Shown here piece by piece: positions 17,430-26,203 of a stretch of 36,392 bases of DNA. This stretch comes from Candidatus Micrarchaeota archaeon (GTDB lineage: Archaea > Micrarchaeota > Micrarchaeia > Norongarragalinales > SBBD01): contig JAZDGU010000021.1 in assembly GCA_043806595.1 (NCBI GenBank), positions 1 through 36,392 of the forward strand. The letters are read 5' to 3'. Positions within the stretch are counted from its first letter, which is position 1. Each line of letters begins with the position of its first letter. The notes below the pieces were generated by a model. That model worked only from the letters and a program-made list of their open reading frames with translations. It ran no database searches and had not been told where the DNA came from. Position numbers and translations under genes: made by a program.

Positions 17430-18629
17430 TCACCATTTGAGCTTGACGAACAGCAATTCCTGGAGGAAGCTCACGGCCCAGAAAAGTATAATGACAGGGG
17501 TATAAAAGATTAGGTAGACGAGCAGCACGGGGACGCTGATGAACTCGCGCTCGATAAACCTGAGGCCGAGGTAGGTGTACAGGCTGACGAACGCGAGTAT
17601 CGCCACGCTGATCAGCTGAAGCGGCGTCACGCTGTAGACTACTGCCTGCCAGCCGTACTTGAAATATGCGGCAAGCGGGAAGCCTGTCGCGAACGAGTAG
17701 ACGATGAAGGAGATGACCGCGAACAGCACGAATATCGACACAATGGCGAAGGGCATGAAGAACACGCCGAAATCCCCGTACCGCGGGGAGACCATGTAGT
17801 AGTGCGAGATGAAGTTGCGCATGCCCCCGCGGTACCAGCGCAGCCTCTGGCGCAGGAGCGAGAAGAAGCCGGGAGGCACGTCGGTGTAGACTATGGCATT
17901 GGTCGAGCTCTTGATGCGGTAGTGGTGCTCCTGAAGCCTCAAGGCCATCTCCTGGTCCTCGAGGAGGTTGCCCTCGTCGAAGCCCCCGAGGTCGCGCAGC
18001 ACCCGCGTCTTGAAGATGCTCAGCGGCCCGGGGGTGACGTTTATCGCGTCCATGAAGGACTGCAGCCTGCGGGTGAAGACAGCCACGAGATATTCGACGC
18101 CCTGCAGCTTCTGCCAGAACGTCTCCTGCCTCCACACCTTCATGACGGAAGTCACGGCGCCGACGTCCTTCTCCGCGAAGTAGCCCATCATCTTGCGCAG
18201 ACCGTCCTTCTCCATGTACGAGTCCGCATCCAATGTGGCGAAGAACTCGCCCTTGGCTTCCTTCAGGGCCAGGTTCAGGGCACTGGCCTTCCCCCCGTTT
18301 TTCTTGGTGACGGCCCGCACGCCCCGGGATGCGTAAGATTTGGCGATGGCAAGAGTGGCGTCCCTCGAGCCGTCGTCCACCACGATTATCTCGAGCTCCT
18401 TCCTCGGGTAGTCGCATGCGAGCGCGGACTCTATGGATTTGGCCAGCGTCGTTCCCTCGTTGTATGCGGGAATGACGAGCGTAAGAGAGGGAAGGGACTT
18501 GGGAGGCCGGGGGTTTTCGTGGAGCCTCCCGCGGTTCTGAAGGAAAATAATCAGGAAGAAGACGCTGAAGTATAGCGTCAGGAATGACGCGAAATACTCG
18601 ATTGCGGACTTCCAGCTCAGCTCCAGCAC
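17430..18629 (-). CDS. Processive family-2 glycosyltransferase (cellulose synthase/PgaC-like)
   Basis: IPAYNE, DDGSRD, GGKASALN, LDADS (DxD), LED and QRLRW (QxxRW), with an N-terminal TM and C-terminal TMs. GTG start inferred from an SD-like GGGGGTG. Confidence 0.92.
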   Translation of the reverse strand: MLELSWKSAIEYFASFLTLYFSVFFLIIFLQNRGRLHENPRPPKSLPSLTLVIPAYNEGTTLAKSIESALACDYPRKELEIIVVDDGSRDATLAIAKSYASRGVRAVTKKNGGKASALNLALKEAKGEFFATLDADSYMEKDGLRKMMGYFAEKDVGAVTSVMKVWRQETFWQKLQGVEYLVAVFTRRLQSFMDAINVTPGPLSIFKTRVLRDLGGFDEGNLLEDQEMALRLQEHHYRIKSSTNAIVYTDVPPGFFSLLRQRLRWYRGGMRNFISHYYMVSPRYGDFGVFFMPFAIVSIFVLFAVISFIVYSFATGFPLAAYFKYGWQAVVYSVTPLQLISVAILAFVSLYTYLGLRFIEREFISVPVLLVYLIFYTPVIILFWAVSFLQELLFVKLKW

Positions 18630-18699
18630 CGTATGCACACCCCCCGACGATACTTCAGCGCACGACTTAAAAAGACGTTTGGACATGTTAACCATCCTG

Positions 18700-20103
18700 A
18701 TGGGAATGCAGCGCAAAGCCGTCATTGCCGCACTGGTTCTCGCCGCCATTGCCACCGCAGCCGGCGCCGGGGGGCCCCTCGGCGGCCTTGCCAAGGTGTT
18801 CACGGAAGGCAACTCGAACGCCAAGCATGCGGCGCTGCTGCTCGCCATGGCCGGCTTTTTCGCCATCGGTGTTCTCATTCCAGGGAAGGCCAGGGCATGG
18901 CTGCAGGCGCGCGCCGGCAACCTCAAAAAGCTCTGGATTTTGTCTATCGCCTTCGGTCTCGCCATGGGCCTAGTCGTGCAGGCAAGCGTGCAGCTCTCCC
19001 TCGGCGGCGGGCCGGGCTCGTATTACTCGCTCGCCACGGACTGCGGGCAATCGGAGTGCTGGGAGGCGACGTACTTCCAGCACGTGCACGTCATGAAGTC
19101 CGCGGTTTACTGGCTCGAGAAGACCACCGGGGTGTTCCTGCCGGCGGATGCGGACGACGGCCTGCCGATGTACCAGCTTCTCGACTCGCCGCAGGTGGCG
19201 CTCGCGCAAACCGTCGCGCCAGCGGCGCTAGTGCTGATTGCCTCGGCGTTCCTTACCACTCTGGCGTATGCTCTGTCGGAGAAGGAATTGTGGAAGGGCG
19301 CGCTCGCCGCGCTGGCTGGATTCATAGCCGTGATTGCGATTGCAGACGGCGGGCTGTTCTCGCTCGTGGGGGTGGTCGCGGTCGCGCTGGCAATGGCTTC
19401 GCTGTCGGCGGGGATAAAGCCCGGGCGGCTGCGGCAATTGGCGCCAATAGGCATATTCGCCTTGTGCGTGGTGCTGGCGTTTGGGCCGTTCTGGTTCCTC
19501 GGAACGGGCCTGTACTTCCGTGAGTGGCTCACCGCGCCGCTGTTCGTGTGCGCGGCATTCTTCTTCTCGCAGAACGCCGGCCGCAGGGATGCCGCATTCG
19601 TGGTTGCGGTCGCGCTGCTGGGCGTCTCGACGATGCTCGTGCTCGGAGACGCCGGCAGGTACTGGCTCGGGGAAACCGCGCACTCCGAAAAAATGGCAGT
19701 CTACGGGATTCCGCTTGATGCCTCGGATGCAGAAGTCGCGCTTGCTGCCGGCAGCGCGCCGGTTGCCCGGTATGGCTGGTACGCGCTCTTCGAAAGGCGC
19801 GGGCCGTTCAATCCGGCGGAGGAACAGCAGCGGATGAGGGCCGCGTTGAAACCGCGGGGCTACCTGCTCGCCGAGGGCGCGGGAATTCCCGCAGCGCGGC
19901 AGGAGGCGACCGTGCACTGGCTTTCCCTCCCCGTGGCTCTGGAAAAGACCGCATCATATTCCGATATTGCGGCCCTCGAATTGGGGGGCGTGACCATGCT
20001 GCAGGGCGCGGGTAAGCTCAACGGCCCGCAGCTCGCGCTCGAGCTCGGCAGCTACGTTAGGAGCAGGGGCGGGAAGGCGATCGTGGTAACCGGAGTGGTT
20101 TAA
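18700..20103 (+). CDS. Hypothetical polytopic membrane protein with a soluble C-terminal domain
   Basis: About 10 hydrophobic segments and a loop with CGQSEC and HVHVMK. CTTAAAAA at 18666-18673 is a likely TATA box. Start is uncertain (18685/18700/18706). Confidence 0.75.
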   Translation: MGMQRKAVIAALVLAAIATAAGAGGPLGGLAKVFTEGNSNAKHAALLLAMAGFFAIGVLIPGKARAWLQARAGNLKKLWILSIAFGLAMGLVVQASVQLSLGGGPGSYYSLATDCGQSECWEATYFQHVHVMKSAVYWLEKTTGVFLPADADDGLPMYQLLDSPQVALAQTVAPAALVLIASAFLTTLAYALSEKELWKGALAALAGFIAVIAIADGGLFSLVGVVAVALAMASLSAGIKPGRLRQLAPIGIFALCVVLAFGPFWFLGTGLYFREWLTAPLFVCAAFFFSQNAGRRDAAFVVAVALLGVSTMLVLGDAGRYWLGETAHSEKMAVYGIPLDASDAEVALAAGSAPVARYGWYALFERRGPFNPAEEQQRMRAALKPRGYLLAEGAGIPAARQEATVHWLSLPVALEKTASYSDIAALELGGVTMLQGAGKLNGPQLALELGSYVRSRGGKAIVVTGVV

Positions 20104-20134
20104 CCAGTCCACCCCCCGGGCGAAAAAGGGCGCG

Positions 20135-20491
20135 TCACTTCGTCTCCATGAAGACGCGCAGCTTGTCGGGATCCTTCTTGATCTGCTTTACGAGGTTGGA
20201 GGGGCCGACGACGGTGAGCCCCGAGGTCTTGCCGCCGAGAAGGCGGATGAGCGAGGCCTGGATGTTCTCGGGCTCCTCGCCGAACGACGATATCTCGATG
20301 CCCGGGAACGACGAGGTCACCTTCTCCATGGTGCGCTGGATGAGCATCTTCTCCTCCTGGCGCGTCAGACCCTGCTCGAGGACGACTATGCGCTTGCCGC
20401 CGTGCATCTCCGCGAGGATAAACGAGACCTTCTCGTCGACGTCTTTCCCGTGGAGGGCGTTGCGCGATATGAACTCAATGTTTAGTTTCAT
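20135..20491 (-). CDS. DUF2073 family protein (OapB-like)
   Basis: IVVLEQGLTRQEEKMLIQRTM, FPGIEI and GLTVVGPSNLVKQIKKDP, co-located with an Era-like GTPase. Confidence 0.85.
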   Translation of the reverse strand: MKLNIEFISRNALHGKDVDEKVSFILAEMHGGKRIVVLEQGLTRQEEKMLIQRTMEKVTSSFPGIEISSFGEEPENIQASLIRLLGGKTSGLTVVGPSNLVKQIKKDPDKLRVFMETK

Positions 20492-20822
20492 GCCTTGAGA
20501 CGACCTGTAAGATTGCGGTCACGAGCGATGCGGTGAAATACCAGTAGAAGAGCGAGAGCATGAGGCCGACGAACGAGGACACGTCCGTGCAGACCTTCTC
20601 GCCGTTGCAGTTGCTGGTTAGCCAGAGCAGCGGCCACGCAAGGCCCATTGTCAGGGGCCCGAAGAGCCAGTCCGGCAAATCGATGAGGACGGAGAGGAAC
20701 AGCACCGCCATGAACAGCAGGGACACGGTGAGCTTCGGCAGCGTCGGCCGGAACATCTCCGGCATGAACATCGCGCGGCTCCGAAGCCAGTTCCGCCCCT
20801 TCTTATGAGTCTTTCGATTCAT
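20475..20822 (-). CDS. Small membrane protein (2-3 TM)
   Basis: FRPTLPKL followed by hydrophobic helices and YWYFTASL. Overlaps the DUF2073 start. Start codon is uncertain. Confidence 0.65.
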   Translation of the reverse strand: MNRKTHKKGRNWLRSRAMFMPEMFRPTLPKLTVSLLFMAVLFLSVLIDLPDWLFGPLTMGLAWPLLWLTSNCNGEKVCTDVSSFVGLMLSLFYWYFTASLVTAILQVVSRHETKH

Positions 20823-20831
20823 GCCCCCATA

Positions 20832-21455
20832 TCACCTCGCGTGCTTGGCGATGGCCTCGTAGAGCTTGTTCATGTTCTCGCCGGTGAGGGCCGAGACTGC
20901 GACTACCGTATGCTGGGGGAACGCCTCCTTGACTTTGTCCGGCTTGGCGTTCTTGCTGTCAATCTTGTTCGAAACGATGATTACCGGAATCTTGCGCGCC
21001 TCGAGGTTGCCGAGGATGGTGATGTTGACCTGCGTGAACGGGTCGCCGCAGCTGTCCATGATCACCAGCGCCGCGTCGACGTTCTCCAGCCACTTGATGG
21101 CCTCAATGATGCCCTTGGTCGCCTCCTTGGCGCGCTTCTGCGCCTCGCCTTTCTTGATGCCGTAGGCGATGAACTCGCGGTAGTCGACCTTCGTTGCGAT
21201 GCCGGGCATGTCGAGGAGGTTCATCTCCAGCTCCTTGCCCTTGCTCCTCACCACGACGTGCTCCTTCTTCTGGACCTCGCGCGTCTCGTGCGGTATCTCG
21301 CTGACCTTGCCGACGGGCTCGCCTAGCCAGTCCATTGAAATGCGGTTCGCAAGCGAGGTCTTGCCGGCGTTGGGCGCCCCGTAGAACCCGAGGCGGATGA
21401 CCCTGCGCCTCCAGAAAAGCCTGCGCAGCCAGTCGATGAACTTCTCGAATGCCAT
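20832..21455 (-). CDS. Era-like GTP-binding protein (OapA-like)
   Basis: G1 GAPNAGKT, PHETR, G3 DMPG, G4 NKID, G5 SALTG, and an amphipathic N-terminus (FIDWLRRLFW). Confidence 0.9.
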   Translation of the reverse strand: MAFEKFIDWLRRLFWRRRVIRLGFYGAPNAGKTSLANRISMDWLGEPVGKVSEIPHETREVQKKEHVVVRSKGKELEMNLLDMPGIATKVDYREFIAYGIKKGEAQKRAKEATKGIIEAIKWLENVDAALVIMDSCGDPFTQVNITILGNLEARKIPVIIVSNKIDSKNAKPDKVKEAFPQHTVVAVSALTGENMNKLYEAIAKHAR

Positions 21456-21542
21456 TGGGGATGCACGCGGCAGGTGGGTTTTGCCGGATTTCTTACTGCC
21501 CGCCCCTTTATTAAATTATTTGACGGGTGAAGCGCGGGAAAA

Positions 21543-23315
21543 TCAGAACACGGCCGCCTGGAAGCCCTTAATCCTCTTAATCTGCTGCAGCAGGTCCTTC
21601 TCCTCGTCGCTTAGAGCCTGCGCGTACTTGTCCTCTAGCTCCTTCACGTCCTCGCGGCCCATATCCGTCAGAAGCTCCATCCTCTCGCGCACCTGCCTGC
21701 CGTAATAGGGCTCGTCCATGGAGATTGCGACGGCATCGCCCCTGCGGGCTTCCTCGACGGGGTCGTTGTCCTTCTGGATGGACTTGACCTCGCCGACGAA
21801 AACGCCCTTCTCGTTCATCATCCTCGCGCCCTTGCGCAGCCTGCCACCGAGGACTTCGACGCCGAACACCGCCGGGTTGCTCACGCGGAAGCAGTGCCTC
21901 TCGAGCGCGGAGATCTTGCAGGGGAGCGGGAGGCGGGAGAACGCCTGCCTGCGCTCGGAGTCCTTCGCCTCCTGCCTCCATGCCTGGTAGTTCTCCACGA
22001 GCGAATAGATGACCTTCTCCTCGAACAGCCTGACCTTCTCCTCGGCTGCGGAGGAACGGGCCTCGTCCTCGACTGGAACGTTGAAGGCGAATACCACGCC
22101 GAGGAACAAGTCCTGTTTGGAGACGCTCGCGGCCTCGAGAACGTCCTTCTTCGTGACGCGGCCCACGCTCGCCCTTCGTACTGGGATCTTCTCGGCCGTG
22201 AGGAGGCGCACTATGGCCTCGAGGCTGCCGAGGGCGTCCGCCTTGAGGATCACCCCGTCGTCCTCGTTTTCAAGCTCTATGTCGCGCACCTCCTTCCTCA
22301 GCTCCGCCTCGGCGGAGGAAAGGTTGGAGGAGTCGACGGCGAACAGGGAAGAACCGGCGACGGCCTGCTCGGCGTTGTCGCACGCTATCTTTATCCCTGC
22401 GGCGGCATGGACCTCGCCCACGCCGGAGAACTTCTGCCGCGGGTCGCGCATCTCGTCCAGCGGCTTGGGCTTGAGTATAGCCTTGACCCTAGAGCGGACT
22501 ATGCTGCCGTCCGCGGAGCAGAAGAGGATTTCGTCGCCCTCGCGCAGGACGCCCTCGTAGAGGATGGCGTCGAGCGTCTTGCCGACGCCCTTCTCGTCCT
22601 TGACCTCGAGGATGCTCGCCTTGGCCCTGCCTTCGACGGACTCGAGCTGCTTTTCCATGAACTTCTGCGCAAGCCCGCTGACGAATACCAGAAGCTCGGC
22701 AACTCCTTCGCCGGTCTTGCTGCTGACCGGGATGATCGCAACCTGCTTGGTGAAGTCCGACACGCGGTCGAAGCGCTCGCTCGAGAAGCCCCATTCGGAA
22801 AGCGAGCCCACAAGCCGGTAGAGCAGCTCGTCAAGCCGGGCGAGCACGTCCTCCCTCTGCAGCGCGAGGGAGTCGGACACGCACGTGTTCGCGCGCTTCG
22901 GAATCCAGCCCGTGATCACATCCACCTTGGACGCGGCGACCACGAAGGGCGTCTTGTACTCACGCAGTATTTCGATGGCCTCCTTGGTCTGCGGCTGCAC
23001 GCCCTGGTTGACGTCGATGACTAGAACCGCGATGTCTGCAATGCTCCCGCCCCTGCGGCGCAGGTTGACGAAGGCCTCGTGCCCGGGAGTGTCGATGAAA
23101 AGAAGCCCGGGGATGGTCAGCTCGACCTTCATCCTCTCGAGCAGGCCGCCGCACGCGCTGCGTATCGCCACCGTGGGCACCTCGGAGGCGCCGATGTGCT
23201 GGGTAATTGCCCCGGCCTCGCGCGCCTGCACCTTGGTCTTCCTCACGGCGTCCAAGAGCGAAGTTTTCCCGTGGTCTACGTGGCCGAGGACGCAGACGAT
23301 CGGCTGGCGGAACAT
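21543..23315 (-). CDS. infB: Translation initiation factor aIF5B (IF-2)
   Basis: RQPIVCVLGHVDHGKT, EAGAITQHIGA, DTPGHEAF and KADALGSLEA. Confidence 0.98.
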   Translation of the reverse strand: MFRQPIVCVLGHVDHGKTSLLDAVRKTKVQAREAGAITQHIGASEVPTVAIRSACGGLLERMKVELTIPGLLFIDTPGHEAFVNLRRRGGSIADIAVLVIDVNQGVQPQTKEAIEILREYKTPFVVAASKVDVITGWIPKRANTCVSDSLALQREDVLARLDELLYRLVGSLSEWGFSSERFDRVSDFTKQVAIIPVSSKTGEGVAELLVFVSGLAQKFMEKQLESVEGRAKASILEVKDEKGVGKTLDAILYEGVLREGDEILFCSADGSIVRSRVKAILKPKPLDEMRDPRQKFSGVGEVHAAAGIKIACDNAEQAVAGSSLFAVDSSNLSSAEAELRKEVRDIELENEDDGVILKADALGSLEAIVRLLTAEKIPVRRASVGRVTKKDVLEAASVSKQDLFLGVVFAFNVPVEDEARSSAAEEKVRLFEEKVIYSLVENYQAWRQEAKDSERRQAFSRLPLPCKISALERHCFRVSNPAVFGVEVLGGRLRKGARMMNEKGVFVGEVKSIQKDNDPVEEARRGDAVAISMDEPYYGRQVRERMELLTDMGREDVKELEDKYAQALSDEEKDLLQQIKRIKGFQAAVF

Positions 23316-23415
23316 GAGCGATCACTTGCATTATTTTCAGCAGTCAAACGTTTTTAATGTGCACCCGAAGGCTAGCGCCCGCGGCTCCCCCCCCCTCAAT
23401 GAGACGCGCGGAAAT

Positions 23416-23670
23416 TCAAGCAAGCCGGTATACCAGGTCGCCCTCGTGCGCCCTGCCCTCGACCTTGAGGCCTACGGACTGCCCCGCGGACGCGGCAGGA
23501 ACGGCGGCATGCTCCACCTGCATCGACGACACTGCCTGCTCGAAGGGCTCCCTGCCCTCGACGGCTATGCGGTCGCCGACCTTTAGCGGGCCGGACAGCT
23601 CCACCACCGCCACGCCGATTTTTGGGTAGAAGTGGAGGACCTTGCCGACCAGTTGGCGTTCCATGGACAT
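23416..23670 (-). CDS. Small stand-alone translation-factor domain-II-like beta-barrel protein
   Basis: VGKVLHFYPKIGVAVVEL...LKVGDRI...SMQV...AGQSVGLKV...GDLVY. Has a G-rich SD and its own BRE/TATA (23700-23713). Confidence 0.82.
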   Translation of the reverse strand: MSMERQLVGKVLHFYPKIGVAVVELSGPLKVGDRIAVEGREPFEQAVSSMQVEHAAVPAASAGQSVGLKVEGRAHEGDLVYRLA

Positions 23671-23716
23671 CCCCCCTCAAGGGATATACCTAGAGGCAGT
23701 ATATAAAACGCTTGAA

Positions 23717-24325
23717 TCAGCGCCCGCGGACCCGGGGTGCGGGCAATGCGGCAGCGGCGACCTGCAGGAGAAAATACCGGTGCATCCTGGAGTCGCCGGA
23801 AAGCTCGGGGTGGAAGCAGGCGGCGAGAAGGCTGCCCTGGCGCGCGGCGACGATTTCCCCGTCCAGCACCGCGACCGCACGGCACTCCCCCCGGACCCGG
23901 GATATGACCGGGGCGCGGATGAACGGCGCGTGCATCCTGCCGACGCCAATTACATTGACTTCGGCCTCGAAGCTCTCCCTCTGCCTGCCGTAGGCGTTGC
24001 GGTCGACCGACATGTCCATCAGGCCGAGCAGGCGTTGGCCGCTCAGGCGCTGCTGCATTCCCGCGTCTTTGGCGAGAAGTATCGCGCCTGCGCACGTGCC
24101 GAACACGGGCATGCCCGCGAGCGCCCTTTTGCGCAACGGCTGGAACAAGCCGTTGTCGATGAGCAGGTCGGAAATCGTGGTGCTCTCGCCGCCCGGAATG
24201 ATGAGCGAGCCGACGGAATGAAGGGTCTCCAAATCCTTGACCCAGACGGCCCGAAAGCCCAGCCCGGAGACTACGGACATGTGCTCGCTTACGTCGCCCT
24301 GCAGCCCGAGGACCCCGACGCGCAA
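23717..24325 (-). CDS. pdxT: PLP synthase glutaminase subunit PdxT
   Basis: GVLGLQG, PGGESTT, GTCAG, RNAYGRQRESFE, FIRAP and FHPEL. Confidence 0.97.
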   Translation of the reverse strand: MRVGVLGLQGDVSEHMSVVSGLGFRAVWVKDLETLHSVGSLIIPGGESTTISDLLIDNGLFQPLRKRALAGMPVFGTCAGAILLAKDAGMQQRLSGQRLLGLMDMSVDRNAYGRQRESFEAEVNVIGVGRMHAPFIRAPVISRVRGECRAVAVLDGEIVAARQGSLLAACFHPELSGDSRMHRYFLLQVAAAALPAPRVRGR

Positions 24326-24326
24326 C

Positions 24327-25220
24327 TCAGACCCCCCGGTCCTGCATGCGCTCGCCGGCAGGCAGGGAAGATACGCCCAAGCCCTTCATCGGCTCGCCGA
24401 GCCCGCGCGAGACCCGCACGAGGACGCCGGGCTTGTCGTAGTTGCGCGTCGCCTCGACGATGGCCTTGGCGAATCTCTCGGGATTTTCGCTCTTGAAGAT
24501 CCCGCTGCCGACGAAGACGCCGTCGACACCGAGCTGCATCATGAGCGCCGCGTCAGCCGGCGTGGCTATGCCTCCAGCCGCGAAATTCACCACCGGCAGG
24601 CGGCCGAGGTTCGCGGTCTTAAGGACCAATGCAGCGGGGACACGGAATTCGGACGCCTTCGTCTCAATGAAGGCCTTGTTTTTCTTGTTCCTTGCGAGCC
24701 CGGCGATTTCATTGGCAATCCTGCGGGTGTGCCTGACGGCCTCGACGACGTTGCCCGTGCCCGGCTCGCCCTTGGTGCGAACCATCGCAGCGCCCTCATG
24801 AATCCGCCGCAGCGCCTCGCCGAGGTCGCGCGCGCCGCAGACAAAGGGGACGGTGAATTTCTTCTTGACGATGTGCATTTCCTCGTCCGCGGGCGTAAGC
24901 ACCTCGCTCTCGTCAACCATGTCCACTCCCAAATGCTGTAGTATCTGGGCCTCGGCTGTGTGGCCGATGCGGCACTTGGCCATGACAGGAATCGTGACCG
25001 CCGCCATTATCTTCCCGATGACCGCCGGGTCGGCCATGCGCGCGACTCCGCCTGCCTTGCGGATGTCCGCCGGCACCATGTGCAGCGCCATGACCGCGAC
25101 TGCGCCCGCACGCTCGGCAATCCTGGCCTGTGCCGGAGTGGTGACGTCCATGATGACGCCGCCCTTCTGCATGCGGGCGAAACCCTCTTTCAGGAGAGTC
25201 GTACCGGTAAGCTTCCTCAA
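24327..25220 (-). CDS. pdxS: PLP synthase lyase subunit PdxS
   Basis: [40 protein letters not shown] and [22 protein letters not shown] start. Confidence 0.98.
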   Translation of the reverse strand: MRKLTGTTLLKEGFARMQKGGVIMDVTTPAQARIAERAGAVAVMALHMVPADIRKAGGVARMADPAVIGKIMAAVTIPVMAKCRIGHTAEAQILQHLGVDMVDESEVLTPADEEMHIVKKKFTVPFVCGARDLGEALRRIHEGAAMVRTKGEPGTGNVVEAVRHTRRIANEIAGLARNKKNKAFIETKASEFRVPAALVLKTANLGRLPVVNFAAGGIATPADAALMMQLGVDGVFVGSGIFKSENPERFAKAIVEATRNYDKPGVLVRVSRGLGEPMKGLGVSSLPAGERMQDRGV

Positions 25221-25265
25221 CTACAGCATCCCCCGCTTGAACAAGCGGAATGGTATATGCGGAAC

Positions 25266-26147
25266 TCATTTATTAGCAGCATGGTCTCGGTGGAGGCCGA
25301 GCACCTCCTTCGCGAAGACCGCGGCGTTCTGGCCGACGTAGAAGACGCCGAAGCCCTCCTTCTGGGAGAAGATGCAGTGCCTCATCCTCTCGCGGGCCAA
25401 CGGCCGCAGGTTGCTGCCGGCGCGCAGGCCGGTAGCGGACTCCGAGGGCAGCAGCCATCGGAACTCCTCGGGCTTGAGCTTGAGCCTCTTCGCCGATTCG
25501 GAAAACAGCGGCCCCGCGGATTTCAGGCAGGCTGCGTTCGCGGCAACCGCCTTCGACTGTATCTTTCGGATTGCCGGGAGGGCGTCGAGGTAAGGCCGGC
25601 AGATTGACGGCACTTCCTCTTGCACAATCGCTTCAGCAGGCGTCACACCGGCTTGGATTTTGCCGGGCTTGCCCGATAGAATCTCGGAGATGCGCTCCCC
25701 GCGGCCCTTCTTCCTCAGGTGCGTCTCGAGGCACGCCCTCGCCTCGGACTCGAGGCGGGCGAGCGAAAACCTGCCCAATGCGGCGAACGCCTCGGTCACG
25801 GAGTAGAGCTCCGCGAATCCCTCGAGGGCCTCCGCGAGGCTCTCGGCGGGCGCGCCCGCCGGCGGCATCGAGCCGGCGAACCCCTCTTCGGACTTTGCGT
25901 GCGCGGCGAAATCCCGGGCGTACTGCTTGACCGCTCCGGGCTGCTTGCGCATGCCGCGCACCACGGATCTCGCTACCGATTCCGCGTCGCCGTCGTCGTA
26001 GTAGAATTCGGCCCTGCCGCCGCGGAAGACGATGCACGCCTGCTTGAGGTCGTCTCCCGCGATTTCGGCAAGCCTGCCGGCCATGCCCTCCGCGGCGAGG
26101 CACGCCGGGAGCGGGGGCGAATCCGATTCGAACTGCTTGGAGAACAT
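25266..26147 (-). CDS. Hypothetical helical protein resembling the N-terminal part of PEP-utiliser mobile-domain proteins
   Basis: 293-aa ORF co-oriented between purP and pdxS. Segment LFSESAKRLKLKPEEFRWLLPSE...RERMRHCIF...GQNA. Confidence 0.65.
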   Translation of the reverse strand: MFSKQFESDSPPLPACLAAEGMAGRLAEIAGDDLKQACIVFRGGRAEFYYDDGDAESVARSVVRGMRKQPGAVKQYARDFAAHAKSEEGFAGSMPPAGAPAESLAEALEGFAELYSVTEAFAALGRFSLARLESEARACLETHLRKKGRGERISEILSGKPGKIQAGVTPAEAIVQEEVPSICRPYLDALPAIRKIQSKAVAANAACLKSAGPLFSESAKRLKLKPEEFRWLLPSESATGLRAGSNLRPLARERMRHCIFSQKEGFGVFYVGQNAAVFAKEVLGLHRDHAANK

Positions 26148-26203
26148 GCTGACTGCCCTCGGATGATTGTGTGCCGCGGGATATTTGTATCTTTCGGAAA
26201 CGC

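Noticed and set aside
18630..18965. 112-aa N-terminal extension of the GT2 ORF in the track
   Set aside because: It overlaps the divergent gene and the promoter region. An SD-preceded GTG near 18629 gives a normal GT2 architecture.
21543..23315. Possible intein in aIF5B (a known intein host)
   Set aside because: The 590-aa length and contiguous G-domain motifs leave no room for an insertion.
25221..25229. In-frame ATG-CTG-TAG just before the pdxS TTG start, suggesting amber read-through or recoding
   Set aside because: The G-rich SD is correctly spaced for the TTG and sits flush against the ATG. Other genes here use TAG as a normal stop, and no pyl genes are visible.
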